Origin: Verrucomicrobiota bacterium
GTDB lineage: Bacteria; Verrucomicrobiota; Verrucomicrobiia; Verrucomicrobiales; DEV007
Assembly: GCA_045046875.1 (NCBI GenBank)
Contig: JASFYY010000109.1
Span: 1 to 52,181, forward strand
DNA: 52,181 nucleotides
Direction of reading: 5' to 3'
A model generated the notes under the pieces. The model searched no databases, had not been told where the DNA came from, and saw only the letters and a program-made list of their open reading frames with translations. The first letter of the stretch is position 1; every line of letters starts with the position of its first letter. Both the position numbers and the translations under genes were made by a program. This document shows, one piece after another, positions 19,366-28,490 of this stretch.

Positions 19366-19456
19366 TCGATCATTTCCCTCATCAGTGTGCATCAGTGTTT
19401 AAAAAAATTTCTTTCGCCGAGCAGTCTCGCATCGTAAGATCAAACCACTCTCCCTC

Positions 19457-19867
19457 ATGATAACCGTCGCCAGATTCAGCACCACAGAAGAAGCCCATCT
19501 GTTCCGCCTCAGGCTCGCCGCGGGTGGTGTCGAAGCTTTTATCCTCGACGAATACATGGTGCAAATGGATTGGCTGATCTCCAATGCCATTGGCGGCGTT
19601 CGGGTTCAAATCGCTGAAGACGATTTGGAGCTTTGCCAACAGATCGTGCAAGAAGAACCCTGCGACCCCGAAGCAAACATCACTGCCAAGTGCCCTTTTT
19701 GTGAATCCGAAGATACTCAAAAAGAAAGTTTCACCCGCAGACTTTCTTTCCTCTCAATGTTCATTATCGGCTGCCCCCTGCCGGTAGCCAAGAACTATTA
19801 CATTTGCCAAAAATGCGAACGCTCTTGGAACGAAAGCAAAAGACCGGACAATCCTAAAGCCAAATGA
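19457..19867 (+). CDS. DUF2007-like (putative signal-transducing) protein with split zinc ribbon
   Basis: TVARFSTTEEAHL...AIGGVRVQI; CPFC and CQKC flank a hydrophobic segment. Confidence 0.8.
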   Translation: MITVARFSTTEEAHLFRLRLAAGGVEAFILDEYMVQMDWLISNAIGGVRVQIAEDDLELCQQIVQEEPCDPEANITAKCPFCESEDTQKESFTRRLSFLSMFIIGCPLPVAKNYYICQKCERSWNESKRPDNPKAK

Positions 19868-20313
19868 GTGCTCCCGAGTCTTCCGCACGTTTTAATTTCA
19901 GCAAAGCTGAGATTTTTAGCTACAGCATCGTTCTGCTAACGGTTTTGTATGTCATAGGAATCTTCCTCTACCCCCGCGCAGAAAAACCAAGTTATACCGA
20001 AACGTTTGAAATCGTATCCAAAGAATTCATCCTCAAGCATAACCAAAGAAGCTACTTCACTTACAGACGTCGTGGGCGATATGGAATGTTTCGCCCCCTT
20101 TCCACATTCACCCCCGCCCACTACCGAGTTTATATCCAATGGGACGATGACATCTACCCCATTTTTGTTCCCCAGGAAAAATCTTATTTGCTCAAGCAAG
20201 ACAAAATAACCTTCACCTACCGCATCACAGATGACGGCTGGCTACGTTTGTTAGAGTTTCACGACAACAATGTCCCCTTTCACCAGGGGCAAGCTTCACC
20301 AAAAAAACGCTGA
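19864..20313 (+). CDS. Hypothetical membrane-anchored protein
   Basis: ATGA overlap with the previous gene; single N-terminal TM segment. Confidence 0.6.
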   Translation: MSAPESSARFNFSKAEIFSYSIVLLTVLYVIGIFLYPRAEKPSYTETFEIVSKEFILKHNQRSYFTYRRRGRYGMFRPLSTFTPAHYRVYIQWDDDIYPIFVPQEKSYLLKQDKITFTYRITDDGWLRLLEFHDNNVPFHQGQASPKKR

Positions 20314-20483
20314 TAAAACTCCTCACGCCGCTCCTTCTCGCTTAACTCCTTCGGGATCGATGCCCAAATCAACGCACGAGCCGTCGCCTGCATATCCATC
20401 CCCATAACAAGCCTTCCCCCCTCGCTCCGCTGCATCATCTTACGAAAGATCATCTCATTAATCTCCGGCGCAGTGTCCTTCAC
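20280..20483 (-). CDS. Small helical protein, partner of the nucleotidyltransferase (TA-like pair)
   Basis: GTG 20483 overlaps the upstream TGA (GTGA); MKDTAPEINEMIFRKMMQRSEGGRLVMGMDMQATARALIWASIP..., 67 aa. Confidence 0.65.
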   Translation of the reverse strand: MKDTAPEINEMIFRKMMQRSEGGRLVMGMDMQATARALIWASIPKELSEKERREEFYQRFFGEACPW

Positions 20484-20828
20484 GGCAAAACCCGTGTTAG
20501 CATATCTGTCAGGTTCAATTTTACTGACCATTGCTCAAGATAAGCGACATCACAGCCTGTCGCAATCAAGTTTTCCACATCAGAGAATTGGCGCTCGGAG
20601 AGAGAATCCTTAGACCAATGCAGCTTGGAAAGAATAAGATCTTCTTTACTCACCACCCACAATCCGCTCAACATCTTCTAGCTGAAAAGCCACTACCAAA
20701 TCTATATCCCGAGTCATGCGGGGCTGGGCGTAACAGTTGAGAGCGACCTAACCCTTAAGCATATAATCCATTTCAGCTTCCTCAAGCCGCTGAACAACGT
20801 CACGCAAAGCTTCTAATTCTTCTGTCAT
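20480..20828 (-). pseudogene. Nucleotidyltransferase pseudogene (DUF6036/MNT-like)
   Basis: ATG 20828: MTEELEALRDVVQRLEEAEMDYMLKG*VALNCYAQPRMTRDIDLVV, with an in-frame TAG at 20750-20748 where GS is expected. The frame then shifts to the C-terminal part LWVVSKEDLILSKLHWSKDSLSERQFSDVENL; the middle appears deleted. Confidence 0.8.
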
Positions 20829-20873
20829 TTTTGATCTAAATACTTCCTGCTTCCGCGCTTCCCCCCCTCTCCG

Positions 20874-20894
20874 CTATTCTCTATTCTCTATTCC
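20874..20894. repeat. 7-bp tandem repeat (CTATTCT)x3
   Basis: ctattct ctattct ctattcc. Confidence 0.7.
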
Positions 20895-21097
20895 ACCCAC
20901 GCTCAAAACCACTCTCCATCCCTACTTACTCATCTCCCATCAGTGCAAATTTGCCTCAGGCTGACTCGCACCGCTCGACTGTGATTCTATAAAACAACAA
21001 CATCATCTTTCTTATCCGTGTTAATCCGCGCCATCTGCGGTCAATCCCTTCCCTCTTCCATGCTTTTCTGTGTCCTTCCGTGGTTAAATCCCCCCTC

Positions 21098-22423
21098 TCA
21101 CAAAAACCCCTGCAACACCTCCGCCGTAGAATCCGTCATCGCCTGCAAATCCCGATTCTTCAAAACAAAAGCCCGCCCGGCCGCCCCAGCCGTCCTGCGT
21201 TCATCCCGTGATTCAAGAAAAACCACCAAACCCTTGGCTAAAGCCGAAGAATCCCCCGGGGGAAACAAACTGCCTCCCCCACTCTCCCTGATCACCTCCG
21301 AAAATCCCCCGCCCTCGGGTTCAACCACCGGTACGCCACAAGTCATCGCCTCCAAAACCGACAAACCCTTCGGCTCCACCGCCACTGCCGGAACCGAAAA
21401 CACATCGATGCCGGGAAAAAAAGCCTTTTTGCCCTCACTGTCCGGGGAGATCACCAAGTCGTAATCATCCGCCAAACCCGCTTGTTGTAATTTCTCCTGC
21501 TGAGCTTCAAGAAAGTCCCGGTCTTTTTCCATCAACCACCCGCCCATTTTCAATCGCACCGACTCCATGCCTGCCATTTTTTTCAACTCGATAAAAGCAT
21601 CAACCAACAAATCGAGCCCCTTCTCAGGACACAAACGCGCAAACGAAGCCACCGTGAGCGACCCTGCTCCATCACTCTGATCCCGGCATTCATCACAGGC
21701 ATCTGCCATCTCCTGCAAAGCCGCTGTATCAATACCCAAAGTGGTAAGAACAAACTTCTCAGCCGGTATCTCCAGCATTCTCCCCATCGCCTTGGCATAA
21801 GGTTGATTAAAAACCAAAAAGCCATCCGCCTCACTGGCGATGCGTTTCATCTCGCTCATCACCTGCTCTTTATAAGGGGCAACCAGTTCATTCAAAAAAA
21901 CATCATCGCCCTGCAAATTCACCACCACCGGAATTCCCAACTCCCGTTTGATCGAAGGCACAATGCCCCCGATCAGCAAATTGGACAATACCACCAAATC
22001 CGGCTTGCCCTCTTCACGCAACCACTTCATCAAACGCACCACCTCCTTGCGCTGATAACCAGACTCCCCACGAGCCATCGACAAAGCAAGACTGCCCAAC
22101 TCCTTGGCATCCACCTTCACCGCCCGCGCCGACAATTTGGAAATCAGCGTCGGATTATCCAACCAGCGATCCAGAAAACCCGGCAGATGACGAAATAGCG
22201 GGATTTTCTGCTGCAAAAAAACATTAATGCCGCCAAAAAACACCCGATCCACACTGACATCCTCCTCGTCAGTTCGAATCGGCGTATATAACGGCAGCAG
22301 TTGGATATCCACCCCGCGCGCCATCAAACCACGTGTCACCGCATTGTCATGCAGGCAACTGCCGCAATACATGCCTGCCGCTCCAGCGGTCAAATAAATC
22401 ACTCTTGCTTCGTTCAGATGCAT
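21098..22423 (-). CDS. Glycosyltransferase family 4 protein
   Basis: ARLCPEKGLDLL and EPKGLSVLEAMTCGVPVV (EX7E) GT-B motifs. Confidence 0.9.
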   Translation of the reverse strand: MHLNEARVIYLTAGAAGMYCGSCLHDNAVTRGLMARGVDIQLLPLYTPIRTDEEDVSVDRVFFGGINVFLQQKIPLFRHLPGFLDRWLDNPTLISKLSARAVKVDAKELGSLALSMARGESGYQRKEVVRLMKWLREEGKPDLVVLSNLLIGGIVPSIKRELGIPVVVNLQGDDVFLNELVAPYKEQVMSEMKRIASEADGFLVFNQPYAKAMGRMLEIPAEKFVLTTLGIDTAALQEMADACDECRDQSDGAGSLTVASFARLCPEKGLDLLVDAFIELKKMAGMESVRLKMGGWLMEKDRDFLEAQQEKLQQAGLADDYDLVISPDSEGKKAFFPGIDVFSVPAVAVEPKGLSVLEAMTCGVPVVEPEGGGFSEVIRESGGGSLFPPGDSSALAKGLVVFLESRDERRTAGAAGRAFVLKNRDLQAMTDSTAEVLQGFL

Positions 22424-22520
22424 TTTTTTATTTATGATTCAGCAATTATCATTTAGCGTTTCCAAACATCAACTCACCAAGCTGCCGCCAACCACAATAG
22501 CCTATCTGCCCAAGCCTACA

Positions 22521-23486
22521 ATGATTGCCAACCAATATAACTTCTTCTGCGTTCTGAGCACCTGCTTTTTGCTCTCGACCAGCTCCTCGCCCGCCCGCAC
22601 TTTCACCAACCAATCTGGCAAAAAAATCGAGGCCGAGATCGTCAAGGTCAGCGGTGAGCAAGTCAGCATCAAACTAGCCAATGGCAAAACCTTCACCCTC
22701 GCTATCAACAGTCTTTCAAAAGCGGACCAAGAATACATTCGTAGCTATTCTAAACAACCCGGATCCGCAACCAGTCCTACCGGAAAACTCGATGAACGAG
22801 TCAAAGCCGGTGCCAACATCAAACTTGATTTTTCCGATCTCACGCCTGACCGCAAAGACCAGGCAGCGGCGCTCAATCTGCGTATTCCAGACAAATACGA
22901 TGCCAGCAAACCGGTGCCCTTGATCGTCTGGCTGGGCGGGGGAGATGGCGGCAACTCTGCCGGAGCCTGTGCGTCCCTGGTCGATCAAAGCGAATTTCTC
23001 ATGGTCGGACTGCCCTACCCCAAAGGAGCCAATAATCCCGGTCAGGATAACATGGTCGGAGAATTTGGCGACATCTGGGATTACCACAAAGCCATGCTGG
23101 ATAAAGTTGCCAAGCTGATCCCTAACATCGATCCCAATCTGCGTATCGTAGCCGGGTTCAGCAACGGGGGTCACGCCATCGACGGCATGATGAAAGAAAA
23201 AGAGTTTCGCCAATTTTTTAAAGCTTATGTGCTGATCGACGGCGGAATGGATACAGGGAAATACTCCGGCATGTCCGGCACTTTTGCTTATATCGCCTGG
23301 GGGGAGAACAGCCCCAACTCCAGCAGTTCCCAAAGCGTCGCCAAATCCGCCAAGCGCGGCCGCATGACCACTGAATCCCACCAAATGGACGGCGTGGGGC
23401 ACGCTTTCCCCGTCGAAGAAAAAGCCCTGGTGAAAAAATGGATCGCCGACGTGGTGGTGCCGGGTTTATCGGGCAAAGGCGAATAG
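22521..23486 (+). CDS. Secreted alpha/beta-hydrolase with N-terminal SHD1-like domain
   Basis: Signal peptide; RTFTNQSGKKIEAEIV...LSKADQEYI (SHD1-like); GFSNGG nucleophile elbow; GVGHAF His. Confidence 0.75.
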   Translation: MIANQYNFFCVLSTCFLLSTSSSPARTFTNQSGKKIEAEIVKVSGEQVSIKLANGKTFTLAINSLSKADQEYIRSYSKQPGSATSPTGKLDERVKAGANIKLDFSDLTPDRKDQAAALNLRIPDKYDASKPVPLIVWLGGGDGGNSAGACASLVDQSEFLMVGLPYPKGANNPGQDNMVGEFGDIWDYHKAMLDKVAKLIPNIDPNLRIVAGFSNGGHAIDGMMKEKEFRQFFKAYVLIDGGMDTGKYSGMSGTFAYIAWGENSPNSSSSQSVAKSAKRGRMTTESHQMDGVGHAFPVEEKALVKKWIADVVVPGLSGKGE

Positions 23487-23559
23487 CGCACCTTTGACCA
23501 CAGGCACTCTCCTAATAAAAAAGCATCACGACCACTTCCTACGCTCCAAAGGAGCAGCC

Positions 23560-24489
23560 CTAGCGCAAAAAATAAATCAAGCCCGTCACCACCAACCCCG
23601 CCAGCAGTGTTGAATAAAACACCGCAGCGGCCGCAAAGCGGCTATCGGCTTTAAACTCATGCGCAAGCAGCGCAGTGTTCACCGCGACCGGGGACGCCGC
23701 ACCGACGATCAATACCGCCGAAGTGACCGCATCAAAGGCAAATAAGCGCGTCAGAAAAAATGCCGCCGCCGGACCGCCCAACAGACGAATGCCCAGTACC
23801 CAGGCCAACCGGCCTTCGATTTTTGGTGGACGTGTTTTTGACAGCTGCACGCCGAGAGTGATCAGCGCAAATGCCACCAGCGCGTCCGCCAGATAGGTCA
23901 TCGGTTTCCAAATAAAAACCACCTCCTCCAACGGATTGCCCATCGAACGCATCAGCAAAGCCAGCAGGATCGCATAAATCGACGGTTGCCGTAACATCGG
24001 CGAAAAGCGCTGCCAAAGACCGGCCTTGGCTTTCCCTTCTCCTTGGGCACTAGCGAGAAAAATACCAATCGAAAAAGTGGAGATATTCATCGTCATCAAT
24101 ACAAACACCTGGATCACCGGCCCTACCTCGGGAAAAGCCAGAGCCATCAACGGAATCCCCCAGTTGCCCGAATTATAAAACATAGTGGACAACTGCAAAC
24201 CCATCCGCTGCTGCTCACTCTCTTTACGCAAAAAAGACACCCCCGCACTGAGACCATACATCACCGCCAACACACAGAGCGTAAATAGCACCACCTTGCC
24301 GCCCATCCCTTGCTGCAGATCAGAGGACGATACCCGGACAAAAATAAACGACGGCACAAAAAGATAAATATTCAGCTTCACCAAGGTGTCGAGCTTGAGG
24401 TCGAATTTACGATCCATAACCCAACCCACAACGATCAAAAGCATGATCGGCAAACACACATCTCTAAAAATTTCTATCACAGTAAACAT
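23560..24489 (-). CDS. AEC (auxin efflux carrier/malate permease) family transporter
   Basis: About 10 TM segments; YNSGNWGIPL, ASPVAVNT, AVFYSTL. Confidence 0.88.
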   Translation of the reverse strand: MFTVIEIFRDVCLPIMLLIVVGWVMDRKFDLKLDTLVKLNIYLFVPSFIFVRVSSSDLQQGMGGKVVLFTLCVLAVMYGLSAGVSFLRKESEQQRMGLQLSTMFYNSGNWGIPLMALAFPEVGPVIQVFVLMTMNISTFSIGIFLASAQGEGKAKAGLWQRFSPMLRQPSIYAILLALLMRSMGNPLEEVVFIWKPMTYLADALVAFALITLGVQLSKTRPPKIEGRLAWVLGIRLLGGPAAAFFLTRLFAFDAVTSAVLIVGAASPVAVNTALLAHEFKADSRFAAAAVFYSTLLAGLVVTGLIYFLR

Positions 24490-24760
24490 TCGGATCGCAC
24501 CATAGACTGGCCAAGTAGACTTGAAAAATGCCTAAATCAGCGGTTTTTGTTAAGAAAATGTCAATTTTGGCACTTTTTGTCTACTGCTCGGGCTTGCATT
24601 TTTTATTCTAGCATGGACAATGACCATTCGAGCACAGTAACCCTGTCGCATTCAATGCATGACAGTTCATCAGATGAATCTTGTATTCCGAGGTGATTCT
24701 TGATCCGATTTATCGGAAAAAGCGTAGAAGCAGAGGGGGACGAGCAAGAAAATCACAGAT

Positions 24761-25243
24761 ATGAACACAAAAATGTATGTGGGGAATCTCCCCTATGAAA
24801 CGACTGAGGACGACCTTCGCACCCTATTTACCGCCCACGGACAGGTGGACGATATTGCAGTTGTGATGGATCGCGAAACCGGCAGACCACGCGGATTTGC
24901 TTTCATCACCATGAATGACAAAGATGGTATGGAAGCCGCAATTCGCGAGCTGGATGGTAAGGATTTCAACGGTCGCGAACTCAAAATCAACGAAGCACGC
25001 CCACGCGAAAATCGCGGCGGCGGCGGCGGCGCTGGTGGTGGTGGTGGCGGCGGTGGTGGTTATCGCGGCAGCGGCGGCAATAGCGGCGGCGGCGGCGGTG
25101 GAAACTACGGCGGCGGCGGCGGCGGTGGAAACTACGGCGGCGGCGGCGGTGGAGGCGGTGGCGGTGGCGGCGACTACGGCGGACGGCGTAAAAGTGGCGG
25201 CGGAAGCCGCAAAGGCGGAAGAAGCAAACAAGAAGGCTGGTAA
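24761..25243 (+). CDS. RRM RNA-binding protein with Gly-rich tail
   Basis: RNP2 MYVGNL, RNP1 RGFAFITM, GRELKINEARPRE, followed by a GGC-repeat-encoded G/Y/R tail. Confidence 0.96.
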   Translation: MNTKMYVGNLPYETTEDDLRTLFTAHGQVDDIAVVMDRETGRPRGFAFITMNDKDGMEAAIRELDGKDFNGRELKINEARPRENRGGGGGAGGGGGGGGGYRGSGGNSGGGGGGNYGGGGGGGNYGGGGGGGGGGGGDYGGRRKSGGGSRKGGRSKQEGW

Positions 25244-25276
25244 GCCATTCAGCTGAAAATCAGATATTTTTAACCC

Positions 25277-25310
25277 AAGCGGGATCTTTTACGAGATCCC
25301 GCTTTTTTTT
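25277..25310 (+). terminator. Rho-independent terminator after the RRM gene
   Basis: AAGCGGGATCT-TTTACG-AGATCCCGCTT stem followed by a T run. Confidence 0.85.
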
Positions 25311-25338
25311 ACCCCTCCCCCTTCAAACTTCACTCCCC

Positions 25339-26088
25339 ATGTCCGCCTCATTCCAAGAACTTGACTATCGCCAAACCCCACTCGGCGAACTCATCCTGCG
25401 TCGGCGCACCGTGCTCTCGCTCGATAACCTGGAAGTGCACGAGATCATCCTCGGCGACAGTTTTTTGATGTCCAGCCTCTTCACCGCCGTGGAAATTGCC
25501 CTCGCCGATCTCGGACTAGCGGCATTGGAAAAAAACGACGATTTTGAAGGCAATTGGGATGTGGTGGTTGGCGGCTTGGGACTTGGTTACACCGCCCGCG
25601 CCGCGCTTCAAAACTCCAAACTGCGCTCGCTTTCAGTGGTCGAAACCCTCGAGCCCGTCATCGATTGGCACCAACAAGCTTTGGTTCCGCTCGGCCCCGA
25701 CTTGACCAACGATTCACGCTGCCAATTTATTCACGGTGATTTTTTCGCCCTGGCTCTCGATACCAGTCCCGCAGCCAGCTTCGATCCGCAACAGCCCGGT
25801 CAAAAAGTCCATGCGGTGCTACTCGACATCGACCACTCGCCCAACAAACTGCTGGCCGAGCAAAACGGCAGCTTCTACCAAGCCGCCGGCCTGCGCTGTC
25901 TAGCGGACAAACTTCATCCCGGTGGCATTTTTGCGCTGTGGTCAGATGATCCGCCCGATGACGTCTTCATCAAATCGCTGGAAGAAGTTTTTGTCTCCTG
26001 CGAATCCCACATCGTCACTTTTGACAATCCCATCCGCGGCGGCCAATCCGCCAGCACCGTCTATGTGGCGCGACGTTCGCCAACGTAA
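25339..26088 (+). CDS. Spermidine-synthase-like class I SAM-dependent methyltransferase fold protein
   Basis: VVVGGLGLGYTA, GDFF, AVLLDIDHSP, LHPGGIFALWS. Confidence 0.8.
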   Translation: MSASFQELDYRQTPLGELILRRRTVLSLDNLEVHEIILGDSFLMSSLFTAVEIALADLGLAALEKNDDFEGNWDVVVGGLGLGYTARAALQNSKLRSLSVVETLEPVIDWHQQALVPLGPDLTNDSRCQFIHGDFFALALDTSPAASFDPQQPGQKVHAVLLDIDHSPNKLLAEQNGSFYQAAGLRCLADKLHPGGIFALWSDDPPDDVFIKSLEEVFVSCESHIVTFDNPIRGGQSASTVYVARRSPT

Positions 26089-26741
26089 ATCCGGTTCGCC
26101 GCTCGTTTGGCGCGCTCATGGGTTTTGGCTTCGATCTCCTCAGCCTCGTAACCCGCCTTGCGTAAGTGACGCATGAATTTCGGCTCCGGGTCCGCCGACC
26201 AAAAAGCCACCCGCCCACCCGTGCGCAGAGAATCATAGATCATCTGCAAACCGACCGTATCATAGATGCGCGCATTATCCGACTGCACAAAAGCCGCCGG
26301 ACCATTGTCCACATCAAGTAAAATAGCATCATAATGCGACGCCCCGTTCTTCATGATACAATCAAACACATCCCCGGTGTAAATGCTCACCCGTGGATCA
26401 TCGAGCAGAGCCCCGTTGAGATCACGCAAATGCTCACGATTCCAATCGATCACCTCCGGAATCAGCTCAGCCACACAGACCTTGGCATTTTTACTCACCA
26501 GCTCCAATACTCGCTTAAGACTAAACCCCAAACCCATGCCCCCGACCAACACCCTCGGCTCCCGCTGACGATCACAATCACGACAAGCCGCATCCGCCAA
26601 CGCCCGCTCAGACAGCGTCCACCCGGAACTCATCAACTGCGCTCCATTCAGCTTCAACGAATACTGCCCGTCATGTTCGTGCAGAGAAAATCGCGATCCA
26701 TCCGGCGTCTGAGTTTCAGCAACATTGCGTGTCGGTTTCAT
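26061..26741 (-). CDS. Spermidine-synthase-like class I SAM-dependent methyltransferase fold protein (paralog)
   Basis: LMSS, VLVGGMGLGFSL, AELIPEVIDWN, YDAILLDVDNGP, LRTGGRVAFWS. Confidence 0.8.
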   Translation of the reverse strand: MKPTRNVAETQTPDGSRFSLHEHDGQYSLKLNGAQLMSSGWTLSERALADAACRDCDRQREPRVLVGGMGLGFSLKRVLELVSKNAKVCVAELIPEVIDWNREHLRDLNGALLDDPRVSIYTGDVFDCIMKNGASHYDAILLDVDNGPAAFVQSDNARIYDTVGLQMIYDSLRTGGRVAFWSADPEPKFMRHLRKAGYEAEEIEAKTHERAKRAANRIYVGERRAT

Positions 26742-26761
26742 AGAAAATACACTTTTCCCAT

Positions 26762-28120
26762 TTAAGCCGCGCTGCGATTCCCCGACGAACGACGTCTCGA
26801 CGAATTACGCCGATTCCCCGAACCTGAAGAACGACCGCCACCGCCACCGCCACCTCTGCCGCGTCCCGAAAAACCACCGCCGCCAGAACGACGTCCACCT
26901 CCACCCCCGCCTCCGCGACCACTGCGTTTTTTCTCCGCCGCTTCTTTGACATCCACCTCGTTCATTTCATAACCCTCGATATTTTTCACCGGGATCGAGC
27001 GTTTCAACAAACGTTCGATATCACGCAGCAAACCACGCTCGTCCGCACTCACCAGGGAGTGCGCCGCGCCCTCTTCCCCTGCTCGTCCGGTGCGTCCGAT
27101 GCGATGCACATAATCCTCCGGCACATTGGGCAAATCAAAATTCACCACATGCGGCAAGCGATTGATATCAATCCCACGCGAAGCCACATCCGTTGCCACC
27201 AGCACACGAACCTTTCCCGACTTAAAATCCGCCAACGCCTTGGTGCGAGCACCCTGACTCTTATTACCGTGAATCGCCGTCGCCGAAATCCCGCCCTCAA
27301 CTAACTGCTTAGCTAGTCGATTGGAGCCGTGTTTGGTACGATTAAAAACCAACACTTGTTGCCAGTCATTATCGTTGATGAGTTGAGCTAAAAGGTGACG
27401 TTTGTCATTTTTCGCCACCGGGTGAATCACCTGCTCCACTTTTTCCGCCGCCGTATTGTGACGCGCCACTTCAACCAAAACCGGATCGTGCAAAATGCCC
27501 TCAGACAATTTTTTGATCTCATCCGAGTAAGTCGCCGAGAACAATAAATTCTGACGCCGAGCAGGCAGGATTTTCAAAATCTTACGGATATCGTGAATAA
27601 AACCCATATCCAACATGCGATCCGCTTCATCGAGCACCAGAATTTCGATCCCAGACAGATCCAACGTGCCCTGATTCACATGATCGAGCAAACGCCCCGG
27701 AGTCGCGACAAGCACATCCACCCCGCGCCGCAAACGACTGATCTGCGGATTGATGCCCACTCCTCCAAAAATAACCGTCGAGCTGAGCTGCAAACCCTTG
27801 CCATAATCCAGTACACTCTCCCCGATCTGTGCCGCCAACTCACGTGTTGGAGTGATCACCAACGCCCGTGGCAAATGGCGACGACGCCTGCCCTGCTGAC
27901 GAGAATCGTCAGCAGTCGGACGACGTTCGGACAACAATTGCAACAAAGGTAAAGTGAAAGCCGCAGTTTTCCCCGTGCCGGTCTGCGCACCCCCTAAAAT
28001 ATCGCGCCCCGCAAGAATAGAAGGAATTGATTTCGCCTGGATTTGGCTGGGCTCGGTATAACCTTTTGCCGCCACCGCTTCGAGTAATTCAGCCCGCAGG
28101 CCAAGTTCATTAAATAACAT
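26762..28120 (-). CDS. rhlE: DEAD-box ATP-dependent RNA helicase, RhlE-like
   Basis: Q motif, [49 protein letters not shown] and an RGG-rich tail. ATG 28120. Confidence 0.93.
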   Translation of the reverse strand: MLFNELGLRAELLEAVAAKGYTEPSQIQAKSIPSILAGRDILGGAQTGTGKTAAFTLPLLQLLSERRPTADDSRQQGRRRRHLPRALVITPTRELAAQIGESVLDYGKGLQLSSTVIFGGVGINPQISRLRRGVDVLVATPGRLLDHVNQGTLDLSGIEILVLDEADRMLDMGFIHDIRKILKILPARRQNLLFSATYSDEIKKLSEGILHDPVLVEVARHNTAAEKVEQVIHPVAKNDKRHLLAQLINDNDWQQVLVFNRTKHGSNRLAKQLVEGGISATAIHGNKSQGARTKALADFKSGKVRVLVATDVASRGIDINRLPHVVNFDLPNVPEDYVHRIGRTGRAGEEGAAHSLVSADERGLLRDIERLLKRSIPVKNIEGYEMNEVDVKEAAEKKRSGRGGGGGGGRRSGGGGFSGRGRGGGGGGGRSSGSGNRRNSSRRRSSGNRSAA

Positions 28121-28362
28121 TTTTTTGATATGGTTTTTCAGATGGCCACAAAAACAAACACGCACATTATTGTGCTCGGAATACACCACGGCACCCGAGT
28201 TTGGATATAGCATCCTGGTTGATTCACGGGATGACATTGAAGAGCCGTCATCCCCTTCCCCCGATCAAGTTTGGTGCGTCGATTTTCGACCAACACCCCG
28301 ACTCCAGTTGAATTCCCGAAGCCCGACCCGCCCAAAGGACACCACAATCCCCACAATGTCAA
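28121..28362 (-). promoter_or_regulatory. Putative promoter (-35 TTGACA) and long structured 5' leader of the helicase
   Basis: TTGACA at 28362-28357, but no clear -10. Hairpins include GGGATGAC/GTCATCCC (about 28228-28254), GTCGA/TCGAC and CTCGG/CCGAG. Confidence 0.45.
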
Positions 28363-28490
28363 TGCCTTGATTCAGGATTCAGGATTCCCATTCGGGTCTC
28401 TTCGTGTCCATTAGTGGTTCCCATCTTCCAAATTTCGTTTGCGTCCCGCCCGCCCCGCCCTAGTTTGCCACCACAATCAAATCACACACT

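Noticed and set aside
20748..20750. Recoded TAG (pyrrolysine or readthrough) in the nucleotidyltransferase
   Set aside because: The same gene also has a frameshift and an apparent internal deletion, and TAG serves as a normal stop in other genes here, so decay is the simpler explanation.
25014..25205. GGC microsatellite as a contingency locus, and the poly-Ala ORFs in other frames
   Set aside because: It encodes the ordinary Gly-rich tail of the RRM protein; triplet slippage would not shift the frame.
25339..26741. Calling the two methyltransferase-fold genes speE
   Set aside because: Both lack the GGGDG motif and other aminopropyltransferase signatures, so no symbol was assigned.
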